From: a virus
Taxonomy: Duplodnaviria; Heunggongvirae; Uroviricota; Caudoviricetes
Reading direction: 5' to 3' (one strand)
DNA: 64,000 nt
Virus record (IMG/VR): IMGVR_UViG_3300033141_002732
Shown: positions 30,382 to 39,460 of the stretch, in pieces
How positions within the stretch are numbered: the first letter of the stretch is position 1
How the letters are laid out: the number at the start of each line of letters is the position of its first letter
The notes under the pieces: generated by a model
Told to the model about the DNA's origin: nothing
Seen by the model: the letters and a program-made list of their open reading frames with translations, nothing else
Databases searched by the model: none
Position numbers and translations under genes: made by a program

Positions 30382-30816
30382 TCATATGGTTTCTAATTCT
30401 GGACCCATATCAAGACTATTTTCACCATCAGTTAACCAATTTCTTCCACAGCAGTTAAATGTTATATCTCTTTTACATTTATATTTTTTATCTGAATCAC
30501 TTATATATTGTGGAACCTTCAATTTTTTTGGTTCTATTTCTTTTCCGCATTTTCTACAATATACTCCAAACCATTTTATAATAGGTTGTTCTTTAAATGA
30601 AATATATTGTCTTACATCTATGGGAACAATCTCTGAAAATGTTTCTTTTGCTTCTTCCAAAGATGAAAATTTTGATTTATTTAAGATAAATGAAGATATG
30701 ATATTTGATTGTGCTTCTATTATAAATTTTTTCTCTACTTTATTTTCAATAATTTTCCCAAGAAATATTTCTCCAAGATAAACTTTTATTAATGTGATGT
30801 TTTCTTTTTCCAACAT
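30382..30816 (-). CDS. hypothetical protein with zinc-ribbon-like CxxC pairs
   Basis: 'CRKCGKEI...CKRDITFNCC'. Confidence 0.35.
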   Translation of the reverse strand: MLEKENITLIKVYLGEIFLGKIIENKVEKKFIIEAQSNIISSFILNKSKFSSLEEAKETFSEIVPIDVRQYISFKEQPIIKWFGVYCRKCGKEIEPKKLKVPQYISDSDKKYKCKRDITFNCCGRNWLTDGENSLDMGPELETI

Positions 30817-30826
30817 TAAATCTTCC

Positions 30827-31222
30827 TTATTTTTTCAAATCATCAATATGAATTTCTTTTCCATCTGGAAATTTACAATGCAATGTTTTTAAATTGATTT
30901 CGCAACCATATTCTCTTTCAAACTTTTGTATATACCATGGTTTATATATTTGAGCAATTTTTTTAATATGGTTCTTCATTCCATCTGGTAAGTCAATGTT
31001 GTTGAATGTTGACAATCCATTTGTTCCATCTTCTCTTATTGTGTGTTGACATTCATCACATAATGGTTCTCTACAAATAGATTGTCCAAATTCACCACAT
31101 TCATGAGTAGCTGGTTTACCACATGAAACACATTTTAAATCTTTATGTATATCACAATATCTTCCTCCATTTGTTGGAGAATTGCATATTCCTTTCCAAG
31201 CTATTAAAAATTTACAATACAT
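30827..31222 (-). CDS. Cys-rich hypothetical protein
   Basis: Multiple CxxC: 'CVSCGKPATHEC...CREPLCDEC'. Confidence 0.35.
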   Translation of the reverse strand: MYCKFLIAWKGICNSPTNGGRYCDIHKDLKCVSCGKPATHECGEFGQSICREPLCDECQHTIREDGTNGLSTFNNIDLPDGMKNHIKKIAQIYKPWYIQKFEREYGCEINLKTLHCKFPDGKEIHIDDLKK

Positions 31223-31224
31223 TT

Positions 31225-31539
31225 TTAATTCCTTTCTGTAATTTCTGGGGTTGTTCTTCCTATTAACCAGAATTTATTATCATGAAAATAAATAGCTAAA
31301 TATGGAAATTGTTTTTGAAGTGGATTAATTTCAATAACAATAGCTGTTTTATTGATCCATAAAATATGATCTTTATCTAAATAATTAGTAGGAGAATGAT
31401 AAGTAAATGTAATTTGGAATACCCATAATTCTGCAACTTCTTGTGATAATTCACAAATTTGTTGCCAATTTTTTTCTAAATTTGTTGAATAACCTTTTTT
31501 ACATGGATATGAAATATTTTGACCAATAGCTAAATTCAT
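31225..31539 (-). CDS. hypothetical protein
   Basis: 104-aa ORF. Confidence 0.35.
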   Translation of the reverse strand: MNLAIGQNISYPCKKGYSTNLEKNWQQICELSQEVAELWVFQITFTYHSPTNYLDKDHILWINKTAIVIEINPLQKQFPYLAIYFHDNKFWLIGRTTPEITERN

Positions 31540-31606
31540 TATATTTCTCCTTTCTTGAATTCTGTAGAAAATAACTTTTTTATTTCCTACATAATTTATT
31601 ATAAGG

Positions 31607-32293
31607 TTATTTTTTAATTATATCTTTTCTTTGGTTGAGAGCATCTTTTAATATTAAAGTATCTTGTAGTCCGCCAGGTTTAATTGCATCAAAAGGAATT
31701 ACAACAACTGTGTTGTTTGGTCCTTCTGCTAGTTTTACAAGAGTTTCTAATTGTTTCACAGCAAGAATTTCAGGTGTTAGACTTTTTGCTCTAATATTAT
31801 TTGCTGCAGCATCCATTTTAGCTCTTACAAGTTCTGCTTTACCTTGTTCAGCTGCGAGTTCAGCATTCCTTTTTGCTTTTGCTACATTTGCTTTAGCGAT
31901 TGCAGCATTTTCAAGATCTTGAAGTTCAGCTTGTTTAATTGATTCCCTTTTATTTTTGATTTCAATGGGATAGTCAAGATTTGTAATTAAAATATCTGAT
32001 GTTTTGACTGGATATTTTAATTCTTGCATTCTTTTAAGAAATCTGTTTTTGATTTCCTGTCGAATATCTTGTCTCTTTTCCCTGATGTTATCAGTAATAT
32101 AAGGAGACACGACATCTCTTGTAATATTTGAGAGAATATCTTGCATTGTTGTTGAGAAGAATCTATCAAGTGATAAAATAAATCCTTCTGTATCTTCAAC
32201 TTTTGATTTAATAGCAGGAACTTTCTTTTTAATTGTATCAATTGTATTTGGTGAAACTTTGAAAGATCCAATCCATTTTACGCTTACGTCCAT
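31607..32293 (-). CDS. SPFH/band-7 (prohibitin/HflC-like) domain protein
   Basis: Ala-rich coiled segment 'NAAIAKANVAKAKRNAELAAEQGKAELVRAKMDAAANNIRAKSLTPEILAVKQLETL' typical of the SPFH C-terminal region. Confidence 0.5.
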   Translation of the reverse strand: MDVSVKWIGSFKVSPNTIDTIKKKVPAIKSKVEDTEGFILSLDRFFSTTMQDILSNITRDVVSPYITDNIREKRQDIRQEIKNRFLKRMQELKYPVKTSDILITNLDYPIEIKNKRESIKQAELQDLENAAIAKANVAKAKRNAELAAEQGKAELVRAKMDAAANNIRAKSLTPEILAVKQLETLVKLAEGPNNTVVVIPFDAIKPGGLQDTLILKDALNQRKDIIKK

Positions 32294-32319
32294 ATTAATT
32301 TCATCAGCACATAATATTT

Positions 32320-32559
32320 TTAAATCTTTTTTATATGACTTGATTTTTTCATCAACAAAATATGCTCTGGTTCTACCCCTGCACGAAAGGCTTCAGATTC
32401 TTTTACCTGTGTACTTCCATCTGGTTCTACAAGAAGTAATGTCATATCAGGAGGAGCTGTATCACCACAACAACAATCACCACAACCGGTAATGAATATT
32501 GACAACATAAAAATAATACATGCAAATATTATTGAAACTGATTTGAAATTATGAAACAT
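32320..32559 (-). CDS. small lipoprotein with Cys-rich 'CGDCCCGD' segment
   Basis: Signal peptide plus lipobox-like 'FITGC'. Confidence 0.4.
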   Translation of the reverse strand: MFHNFKSVSIIFACIIFMLSIFITGCGDCCCGDTAPPDMTLLLVEPDGSTQVKESEAFRAGVEPEHILLMKKSSHIKKI

Positions 32560-32585
32560 TTTTTTCTCCTTATTGTTTTTTTGTT

Positions 32586-33041
32586 TTAGTTTGATTTTTT
32601 ATTGTTCTTAAATATTTTGTCTATTTCGTCCATTGCTCTATAATTATCTTTTTCTGCTTCCTCTTTTTTTAGATTACTTTTTTCTTTTATCACCTCCCTA
32701 TTTAATTTCTTAATTTCTTCTTTTGAAAGAGTTATAATAGATGAGTCTGGTTCAGCAGTAGTTATTGTTTCTCTTCCTTTTGTTTCAAGAGGATTAGACA
32801 AAAAGGTTATACATACTAATGTTAATATTATAGATGTAAGTAATATAACTATTTGAATAATACGTGTTATATTTTTTACATTATTTATACTTTTATTTAT
32901 AATTGTTTCATTTTTAAACTTTACTTTTTTAATACATTTACAAAAGAAACGAAAAGTAATTTCAAGAGATATAACAATTATAAATGTTAATAAAATAATT
33001 GGTATAATATGCTGTTGTAAATTATCTATAAAACCTTCCAT
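32586..33041 (-). CDS. membrane protein
   Basis: Two predicted TM helices ('IIPIILLTFIIVISLEI', 'IQIVILLTSIILTLVCITFL'). Confidence 0.4.
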   Translation of the reverse strand: MEGFIDNLQQHIIPIILLTFIIVISLEITFRFFCKCIKKVKFKNETIINKSINNVKNITRIIQIVILLTSIILTLVCITFLSNPLETKGRETITTAEPDSSIITLSKEEIKKLNREVIKEKSNLKKEEAEKDNYRAMDEIDKIFKNNKKSN

Positions 33042-33162
33042 AATATAATAAACTCCTTTCTTTTTTTAATAATAAAAACAATCTCACTTTCTATTATTAA
33101 TTTATATATATAATTAGAACAAATTATAAATGAATTTTCTTTCGTTGAAAAGGAGTTAAGAA

Positions 33163-34080
33163 TTGGAGAAAGCTATATTACTTGGTCCTTTTATTGGAGA
33201 GTTTTATTGGGAGTTTGCAAGGTTTGGACCGCTGCTTCCATATTTAAAAGAAAAAGAATTTAAAAATAAAGATATTACTTATATAGTATTTACAAGACAA
33301 GAAAGATATGATATTTATGGAAATTATACAGATATATTTGTTCCATTAAAAATAGATGGTGATTATGATAAATATCAGCCAGATTGTTATAGACTAATTG
33401 GACTTCCAAATTCTGATTATGAAAATTTAGCATATAAACTAAATAGTAAATATTCAAAACGATTTAAAATTATTAAACATATTTACCCTACCTTAAAAAG
33501 AAGATTCTTCGCTCAAAAAAATCAATATCCAATTGATAAAATGTTATTTAAATATTCTCCAAGACAAAATAATTCTTTAGTAGTTGAAAATTATCTTCCT
33601 AAAAATAATAAACCCTTGGTAGTATTAGCCCCAAGATTTAGAAAAGGATTTAGAAGAAATTGGAATCATTGGGGTGAATTTTATGATAAATTATATAATA
33701 ATCAAAATTTAATGAATAATTTTAATTTTATTATTTGTGGAAAAAAAGAAGAATATATTCCAGATGTAAAACATAGATTTTTAGATATGAATGATGTTGA
33801 ATTAATAGAAGGAGTATCAACTGTTGGTATATTAATTGAAATAATGAAGAGATCATTTTTTACATGTGGAAGTCAAAGTGCTATTCCAAATATATCTTTA
33901 CTTTTTGGTATAGAAGCTTTAGAGTGGGGTCATCAAAGAAAACAACATGTAGTATGGTATAATATTAGAAATACCCCAGTAACATATATTGATGATCCAC
34001 ATTATAATATTGATTCTAAGATCATTTTTAAAAAGTTTGAACAAATATTAAATAAGAAATTAAGAAAAAGGAGAGTTTAA
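33163..34080 (+). CDS. paralog family B member 1 (unknown function, TTG start)
   Basis: 'LLGPFIGEFYWEFARFGP...YIVFTRQERYDIYGNYTDIFVPL' is shared with the 34694 ORF. Confidence 0.45.
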   Translation: MEKAILLGPFIGEFYWEFARFGPLLPYLKEKEFKNKDITYIVFTRQERYDIYGNYTDIFVPLKIDGDYDKYQPDCYRLIGLPNSDYENLAYKLNSKYSKRFKIIKHIYPTLKRRFFAQKNQYPIDKMLFKYSPRQNNSLVVENYLPKNNKPLVVLAPRFRKGFRRNWNHWGEFYDKLYNNQNLMNNFNFIICGKKEEYIPDVKHRFLDMNDVELIEGVSTVGILIEIMKRSFFTCGSQSAIPNISLLFGIEALEWGHQRKQHVVWYNIRNTPVTYIDDPHYNIDSKIIFKKFEQILNKKLRKRRV

Positions 34081-34332
34081 ATGCAGAGACTGACTGAAAT
34101 AGGTAATAATGCGTGGTTACAAGCAAATCAAGTAAGAGTTAATAAAGTTTTACAACTTTGTGATGAAAGCTCTTTTCGAGGAGATTTTTCTTCATTACCA
34201 TTACAAACTATAATTCAATTATTAACAGGATCATGTAATGAGATTGGTAAATTACAAAAAGAAGTAGATAGATGTAATAATCTAATGAATCAAAAAGAAA
34301 AATATGTAGATACAATTACAGAAAAAAAGTGA
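34081..34332 (+). CDS. small hypothetical protein
   Basis: 83 aa, ATG adjacent to the previous stop. Confidence 0.35.
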   Translation: MQRLTEIGNNAWLQANQVRVNKVLQLCDESSFRGDFSSLPLQTIIQLLTGSCNEIGKLQKEVDRCNNLMNQKEKYVDTITEKK

Positions 34333-34693
34333 TGAATATAATAATTACAAAAAAATTAGAAATTAGTAATAATAATAAATTTAAAAAGAAATATAAGAAA
34401 GCAAAATTAAATAAGAGAAATAGAATGAAAAATAAAAACGATAAAATTCAAAAAGTGGATAAACGAGGTTCCTGATGATTATGAAATTGTTATATCGAAA
34501 TATATAATTTATATTCAAAGATGAATATTTTTTAGTTGTTGATGATTCTATAATTAGTCTTATATTAAAATAATAAAGAAACCAAAGAAATTAGGTTTGT
34601 TATACAATCAAGTCATAAAAGAGTTTTATCAATAGTTAAAAAAGAAAATGATATGAAAAAGAGTGGGATGGTATTGGAGAAGGAAAATAAAAA

Positions 34694-35512
34694 TTGAGAA
34701 CTCAATGTATGTTATTTGGTCCATTTATTGGTTCATTATTCTGGGAGTTTTACAGATTTGCTCCGTATTCAATATATTTAAAAAAGAAAAATCCAAAGTG
34801 GAATTTAATTGTCTATACAAGACCTCAAAGATTTGATTTATATGGTGAATATGCAGATATATTTGTTCCCTTAAGAACTAGAGAAAGAATGAGAAATTTA
34901 AAGCAAAATTGTTTTTCTTTAGATAATTTTCTTTTAGAAGAATATCAAGAGTTAATATCAGTTTTCAAAGAAAAATATTCTTCTAGATATCATGTTAAAG
35001 CCCATTTTTTTCCTCGAATTGATAATTATAGACATTTAGTTAAGTGGCAATTTCCAAGAAATAAAATGGATTATGATTTTAAAGAAAGAGAAGCTAATCT
35101 ATTATTTTTAGAAGACAAGTTTGATTTAAATAAAAATATTGTATTTTTTGATTCAACTTATGTTTTTTCTAAAAATATAAAATTAAATTATATTAATGAT
35201 ATTATTTCTGATAAAAATATAGAATTAATATTATATGATAAATTTTCAAAATCTTTAAAAAACAATTTAAATAATTATTCTTTTGATAATCTTAATTACA
35301 GTATTTTAGGTTGTATTATTTCAATTATAAAAAAGTCTTTTATAGTAATAAGCGATTTAAAGTCTGATATAGCTAGATTGTCTTTATTATTAAAAACACC
35401 AGTTCTTGTTTTTAAGAAATCGATTTCAGATGATGAATTAAAATTAATAAATCCATTTAATACGGAAGTTGTTTTATTAAAAAATCTAGAGGAATTAGAT
35501 AATTTATTATGA
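34694..35512 (+). CDS. paralog family B member 2 (unknown function)
   Basis: 'MLFGPFIGSLFWEFYRFAP...LIVYTRPQRFDLYGEYADIFVPL'. Confidence 0.45.
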   Translation: MRTQCMLFGPFIGSLFWEFYRFAPYSIYLKKKNPKWNLIVYTRPQRFDLYGEYADIFVPLRTRERMRNLKQNCFSLDNFLLEEYQELISVFKEKYSSRYHVKAHFFPRIDNYRHLVKWQFPRNKMDYDFKEREANLLFLEDKFDLNKNIVFFDSTYVFSKNIKLNYINDIISDKNIELILYDKFSKSLKNNLNNYSFDNLNYSILGCIISIIKKSFIVISDLKSDIARLSLLLKTPVLVFKKSISDDELKLINPFNTEVVLLKNLEELDNLL

Positions 35513-36501
35513 AAATAATAATGAATTTATTTAACGTGGGACTTGGTAATAATGGCGGAAGTATGACATTAGTTAGATCTGCAAATACATTAGTAAATTT
35601 AGGACATGAAGTCATTATAGTTGATGGAGGAAAAAATAAACATACATGGACTAAATTAAAAGCTAAACATTTGATTATTAGAGATACAAATCAAATACCA
35701 GAAGCTGATGTAATAGTCGCTACGGGAATGAAAAGTATTTCTTCAACTAATAAAAGTAAAATTAAAAATAAATTTATATGGTTAAGAGGTTGGGAAACTT
35801 GGGTTTTTTCAGAAGAAAAAATTATAAATATGTTGAAAAATTCTTCTTGTATAAAAATTGTAAATAGTATATGTTTACAAAATAAACTAAATAGTTTTAA
35901 TATAAATTCTGAAATTATTAGACCGGGTTATGATTTTAATGAAATATATCCTTTAGAAATTAAAAAGGGAAAAAATATTATTTTAGGTGGTTTATATTCT
36001 GTTCCAAAACATTTTACTACAAAGAGAACTAAATGGATTTTAGAAGCAGTTTCATCTTTAAAAAGTGATCGAATTTTAAATGTAAAATTATGGATGTTTG
36101 GTTCACCTTCTGATCCGAAAAATAATATTATTGATAAGTATTTTTGCCAACCAGATATTCAAACAAAAAATAAATTTTATAATAAAATAGACATATGGTT
36201 AAGCCCAAATACTTTAGAAGGATTACATATAGTTCCAGCTGAAGCTATGCTGACTGGTTGTCCAGTTATTGGAACGAATTCTGAAATGTCTGGTTTACAA
36301 GATTATCTTATTCATAATTCTACTGGTTTAGTATCTGAAAATGATTTTGATAGATTTTTAGCAAATATAATATATTTAATTCAAAATAAACAAAAAAGAT
36401 TAGAAATGGGAAGAAACGCTAGAAATAAAATTTTAGGAATTGGAGATAGAAAAACAAATATGAAGAAAATGATTTCTTTTATTGAAAGGAATTGTAAATG
36501 A
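35509..36501 (+). CDS. GT4 (GT-B, family 1 superfamily) glycosyltransferase
   Basis: 'EGLHIVPAEAMLTGCPVIGTNSEMSGLQDYLIHNSTGLV' matches the E-x7-E / 'EAMA.G.PVI' GT4 motif. Confidence 0.7.
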   Translation: MKIIMNLFNVGLGNNGGSMTLVRSANTLVNLGHEVIIVDGGKNKHTWTKLKAKHLIIRDTNQIPEADVIVATGMKSISSTNKSKIKNKFIWLRGWETWVFSEEKIINMLKNSSCIKIVNSICLQNKLNSFNINSEIIRPGYDFNEIYPLEIKKGKNIILGGLYSVPKHFTTKRTKWILEAVSSLKSDRILNVKLWMFGSPSDPKNNIIDKYFCQPDIQTKNKFYNKIDIWLSPNTLEGLHIVPAEAMLTGCPVIGTNSEMSGLQDYLIHNSTGLVSENDFDRFLANIIYLIQNKQKRLEMGRNARNKILGIGDRKTNMKKMISFIERNCK

Positions 36502-36696
36502 AAATATTAGTATGTTTAATGATTCTTTTTGTACTTTTACCATTTTTTAATAAATATTTACCAAAATGGTTTTGTTATAAAATGGTTGGCATTTACAACC
36601 AAATGAAATAAAATTTGATGGTTGTTATGATATTTGTTTTAGATGTAATAAGAAAGTTTTACAAGATAGTTAAGGAAATTGGTTTGAGGGAAGTAA

Positions 36697-37542
36697 TTGA
36701 TAATGAATGAAAATGAAAAAATTAAAGTATATTCTGTATCTGTAATAATGGAACATCTAGATAAGTGTATACAAAATAAAGATCCATTTTCTTTAATTAG
36801 ATTTGGAGATGGAGGACTTAAATTTATTCATTCATTAGTGTTTAATGATGATAGACAATTAGAAATAATTTTGAGAAAAGAAGGAATTCCTAGAAGTAAT
36901 ATGATAGAGATCTTTGAAAAATGGGGATATTATGTTAGAAAAGCAGATTATATAGATACTCCACAAGTTTATTTTTCTAAGACATTTTGGCCTCGTTATA
37001 GAAAAAATTTTAAACCTATGAATCCTTCAACTATTTCAAAATTAAAAAATTGGAAAGATTTATATAATAGAGCTGAATTTGATAATGATAATTATTGTAA
37101 TCCAGAGATTAATTATTTATCTATAATTAAAAGAGAAAATAAAGTTAATCTTTTTGATGTAATGAAAAGCAGAAAAATATGTTGTATTACTGCAGTTCCA
37201 GAATGTATGGATAGTTTTATAAATTTAGAAGTTGATATTGTTCAAATAGTAAAACAATATCAAAATCATTATTTAAATTCATATCATGATGTAGTTAGAA
37301 TAATAAAAAAAGCTGCAACCAACTATGATTTATGGTTAGTTGCAGCTGGAGAAATTGGAAGAATATATAGTGGATTAATTAAAGAATATGGTGGTAGATC
37401 TTTTGATATTGGATTTGTTGCGGAATATTGGAAAGATTATGATATACCTATTAGATTAAGTTATTTTTTAAAACCAGATTATAAAAATAAAACACAACTT
37501 ATATTTACAAAATTAGGAGAACCTTATGAGGAGTTAATATAG
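36697..37542 (+). CDS. paralog family A member 1 (possible GT-D/DUF1792-like glycosyltransferase)
   Basis: N-terminal 'DPFSLIRFGDGG', C-terminal 'LWLVAAGEIGRIYSGLIKEYGGRSFDIGFV..YW'. Confidence 0.45.
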   Translation: MIMNENEKIKVYSVSVIMEHLDKCIQNKDPFSLIRFGDGGLKFIHSLVFNDDRQLEIILRKEGIPRSNMIEIFEKWGYYVRKADYIDTPQVYFSKTFWPRYRKNFKPMNPSTISKLKNWKDLYNRAEFDNDNYCNPEINYLSIIKRENKVNLFDVMKSRKICCITAVPECMDSFINLEVDIVQIVKQYQNHYLNSYHDVVRIIKKAATNYDLWLVAAGEIGRIYSGLIKEYGGRSFDIGFVAEYWKDYDIPIRLSYFLKPDYKNKTQLIFTKLGEPYEELI

Positions 37543-37544
37543 AA

Positions 37545-38444
37545 ATGAATCTTATAATTCCAGTTGAGTCGATTTTTCAAAATAAAGGTGGAGTGATATT
37601 ATATAATCCATATAAAAATAAAATTATTGATTATTATATTCATGATAGAAAATGGAGGAGAGTTGGTTGGAGAGGTGGAATTTTATATAATGATTATTTA
37701 ATAGCTACTGATTGGAATGAATTACATTATTTCAATATAAAAAAATGGAAGTATGAATATACATTTAGAAAAAAGAGTTTTAATGATCTTCATTATGTAC
37801 AAGTTAACAAAAATAAATTATTTGTTGTTAATACAGGTATTGATGCAATAGAAATATTTAATAATCCAATGGAACCAAAATTTGAAAGAATTGAATTTGT
37901 ATTTAAATTAAATAAAATGTTTAAAGATAGATATATTGATTTAAATAGAAAATATAATAAAATGTATAAAATAAAACCACATTCATGTCACCCTAATTGT
38001 ATATCTTTTAATGAACATGGAACTTATATTACATGTTTTCAAAGACAACAAAAAATAAATACAGGTCAATTAATTGATATGAAAAGTGGTAAAAAATTGT
38101 TTCATAGAAATATGGATTGTCATGATGGATTATTTTATAAAAATGATTTTTATTTAACAAAAACTAGACAATCAAAAATTTTGAAATTTAAAAATCTGAG
38201 ACCTGTGAAAAATAATATACCAGACGAAATTATTGATATTGGTCATAAAGGTTGGTGGCGAGGTATGGTTATTCATAATGATATAATATTTATTTTTTGT
38301 AGCAGAGGTTATTCTAATAAAAAATCTAAAGCAATTATGGCTATGATAGATTTACAAACACAACATACTACTTTTAAGAAACTTCCAGTGTGTGGTGATA
38401 TACATTGGGATACAATTTATCAACCAAATGTTTTTGAGGGATAA
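37545..38444 (+). CDS. hypothetical protein
   Basis: 299-aa ORF between family-A paralogs. Confidence 0.4.
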   Translation: MNLIIPVESIFQNKGGVILYNPYKNKIIDYYIHDRKWRRVGWRGGILYNDYLIATDWNELHYFNIKKWKYEYTFRKKSFNDLHYVQVNKNKLFVVNTGIDAIEIFNNPMEPKFERIEFVFKLNKMFKDRYIDLNRKYNKMYKIKPHSCHPNCISFNEHGTYITCFQRQQKINTGQLIDMKSGKKLFHRNMDCHDGLFYKNDFYLTKTRQSKILKFKNLRPVKNNIPDEIIDIGHKGWWRGMVIHNDIIFIFCSRGYSNKKSKAIMAMIDLQTQHTTFKKLPVCGDIHWDTIYQPNVFEG

Positions 38445-39233
38445 ATGTTATATAATCTTAATCATATTTTAAAAGATATTGAATATCATTTAAATAATAA
38501 AAAACCATTCTCTTTAGTTCGATTAGGAGATGGAGATATTAAATTATTACATTCAGCATGTCAAGGAATTGTTCATAATGATAAATTTAGAAGACAAGGA
38601 ATCCCAGGAAGTGATTTAAATATAGTTATTCAAATATATAGAAAAAGTTGTAATAATGCTAATTATATTTCTTCTTTTGATGTATATTTTGATGGTAATT
38701 TTTGGTCAAGAAAAAGTTCTTCTGGAACTAGAAAAAAGTTAGAAAGCTGGAAAAAAATTTATAAAAAAATTGGAATTCAAAATCAAAGTTATTGCAATCC
38801 AGAAATTGGTTTTCTTTTGTTTTTAAGATCTAAATATAATTTATTTAACTTAATTAAAGATAAAAAAATATGTCTTATTACTTGTTTTAAGTCTATTGAG
38901 TTAAAATTACGAAAACTTAATTATGATGTGAATACTATATTAATTCCAAAAATATATTCAAATCATTATTCTAAATACAAACCAAATAAATTATTGATAA
39001 AAAGTTCTATTGAGAAAAATGATATATTTTTAATTGGAGCTGGAGGACTCGGAAAAGGTTATTCAAAAGTTATTAAAAGAAATGGTGGGATAGCAATTGA
39101 TATTGGTCAAGTTTTTAATTCATGGGCTGGAAGTGTAATACCTCCTAGAATTTCAAAGTATATGAAATTAAATGAAAAAGATTTGACATTTAGATTTACA
39201 AAAATTGGAGAAAAATTTAGAGAATGGATATAA
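38445..39233 (+). CDS. paralog family A member 2
   Basis: 'KPFSLVRLGDGD', 'IFLIGAGGLGKGYSKVIKRNGGIAIDIGQVFNSWAG'. Confidence 0.45.
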   Translation: MLYNLNHILKDIEYHLNNKKPFSLVRLGDGDIKLLHSACQGIVHNDKFRRQGIPGSDLNIVIQIYRKSCNNANYISSFDVYFDGNFWSRKSSSGTRKKLESWKKIYKKIGIQNQSYCNPEIGFLLFLRSKYNLFNLIKDKKICLITCFKSIELKLRKLNYDVNTILIPKIYSNHYSKYKPNKLLIKSSIEKNDIFLIGAGGLGKGYSKVIKRNGGIAIDIGQVFNSWAGSVIPPRISKYMKLNEKDLTFRFTKIGEKFREWI

Positions 39234-39460
39234 AGAATATTCCAGAAGGTTATTATGTTTGTCCACAATGTAATGGAACTGGTTCTGATTATACTGAAAT
39301 TAGAGAAAATAAAAAATATTCTAGAATTTGTGATAAATGTAATGGTGGTGGAATAATAGATTGGATTACAATGATATTACCTTGTAAACATAATATGTCA
39401 ACTATACGAGAGTATAAACTTACTTTTATACATAACAAAAAAAGAAGGAGAAAAAAATGA
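39224..39460 (+). CDS. small DnaJ-type zinc-finger-like protein
   Basis: 'CPQCNGTGSD...CDKCNGGGII' CxxCxGxG repeats. Confidence 0.35.
   Translation: MDIKNIPEGYYVCPQCNGTGSDYTEIRENKKYSRICDKCNGGGIIDWITMILPCKHNMSTIREYKLTFIHNKKRRRKK

Noticed and set aside
30386-30781. 131-aa plus-strand ORF overlapping the minus-strand 30382-30816 gene almost completely
   Set aside because: Only one can be real. The minus-strand product has CxxC pairs and is co-directional with five downstream genes. The plus-strand translation is hydrophobic and low-complexity.
31635-31922. Ala/Ser-rich plus-strand ORF (and 32017-32271, 32259-32492) overlapping the SPFH gene
   Set aside because: Antisense to the SPFH Ala-rich coiled region (GC-rich codons give open frames on both strands).
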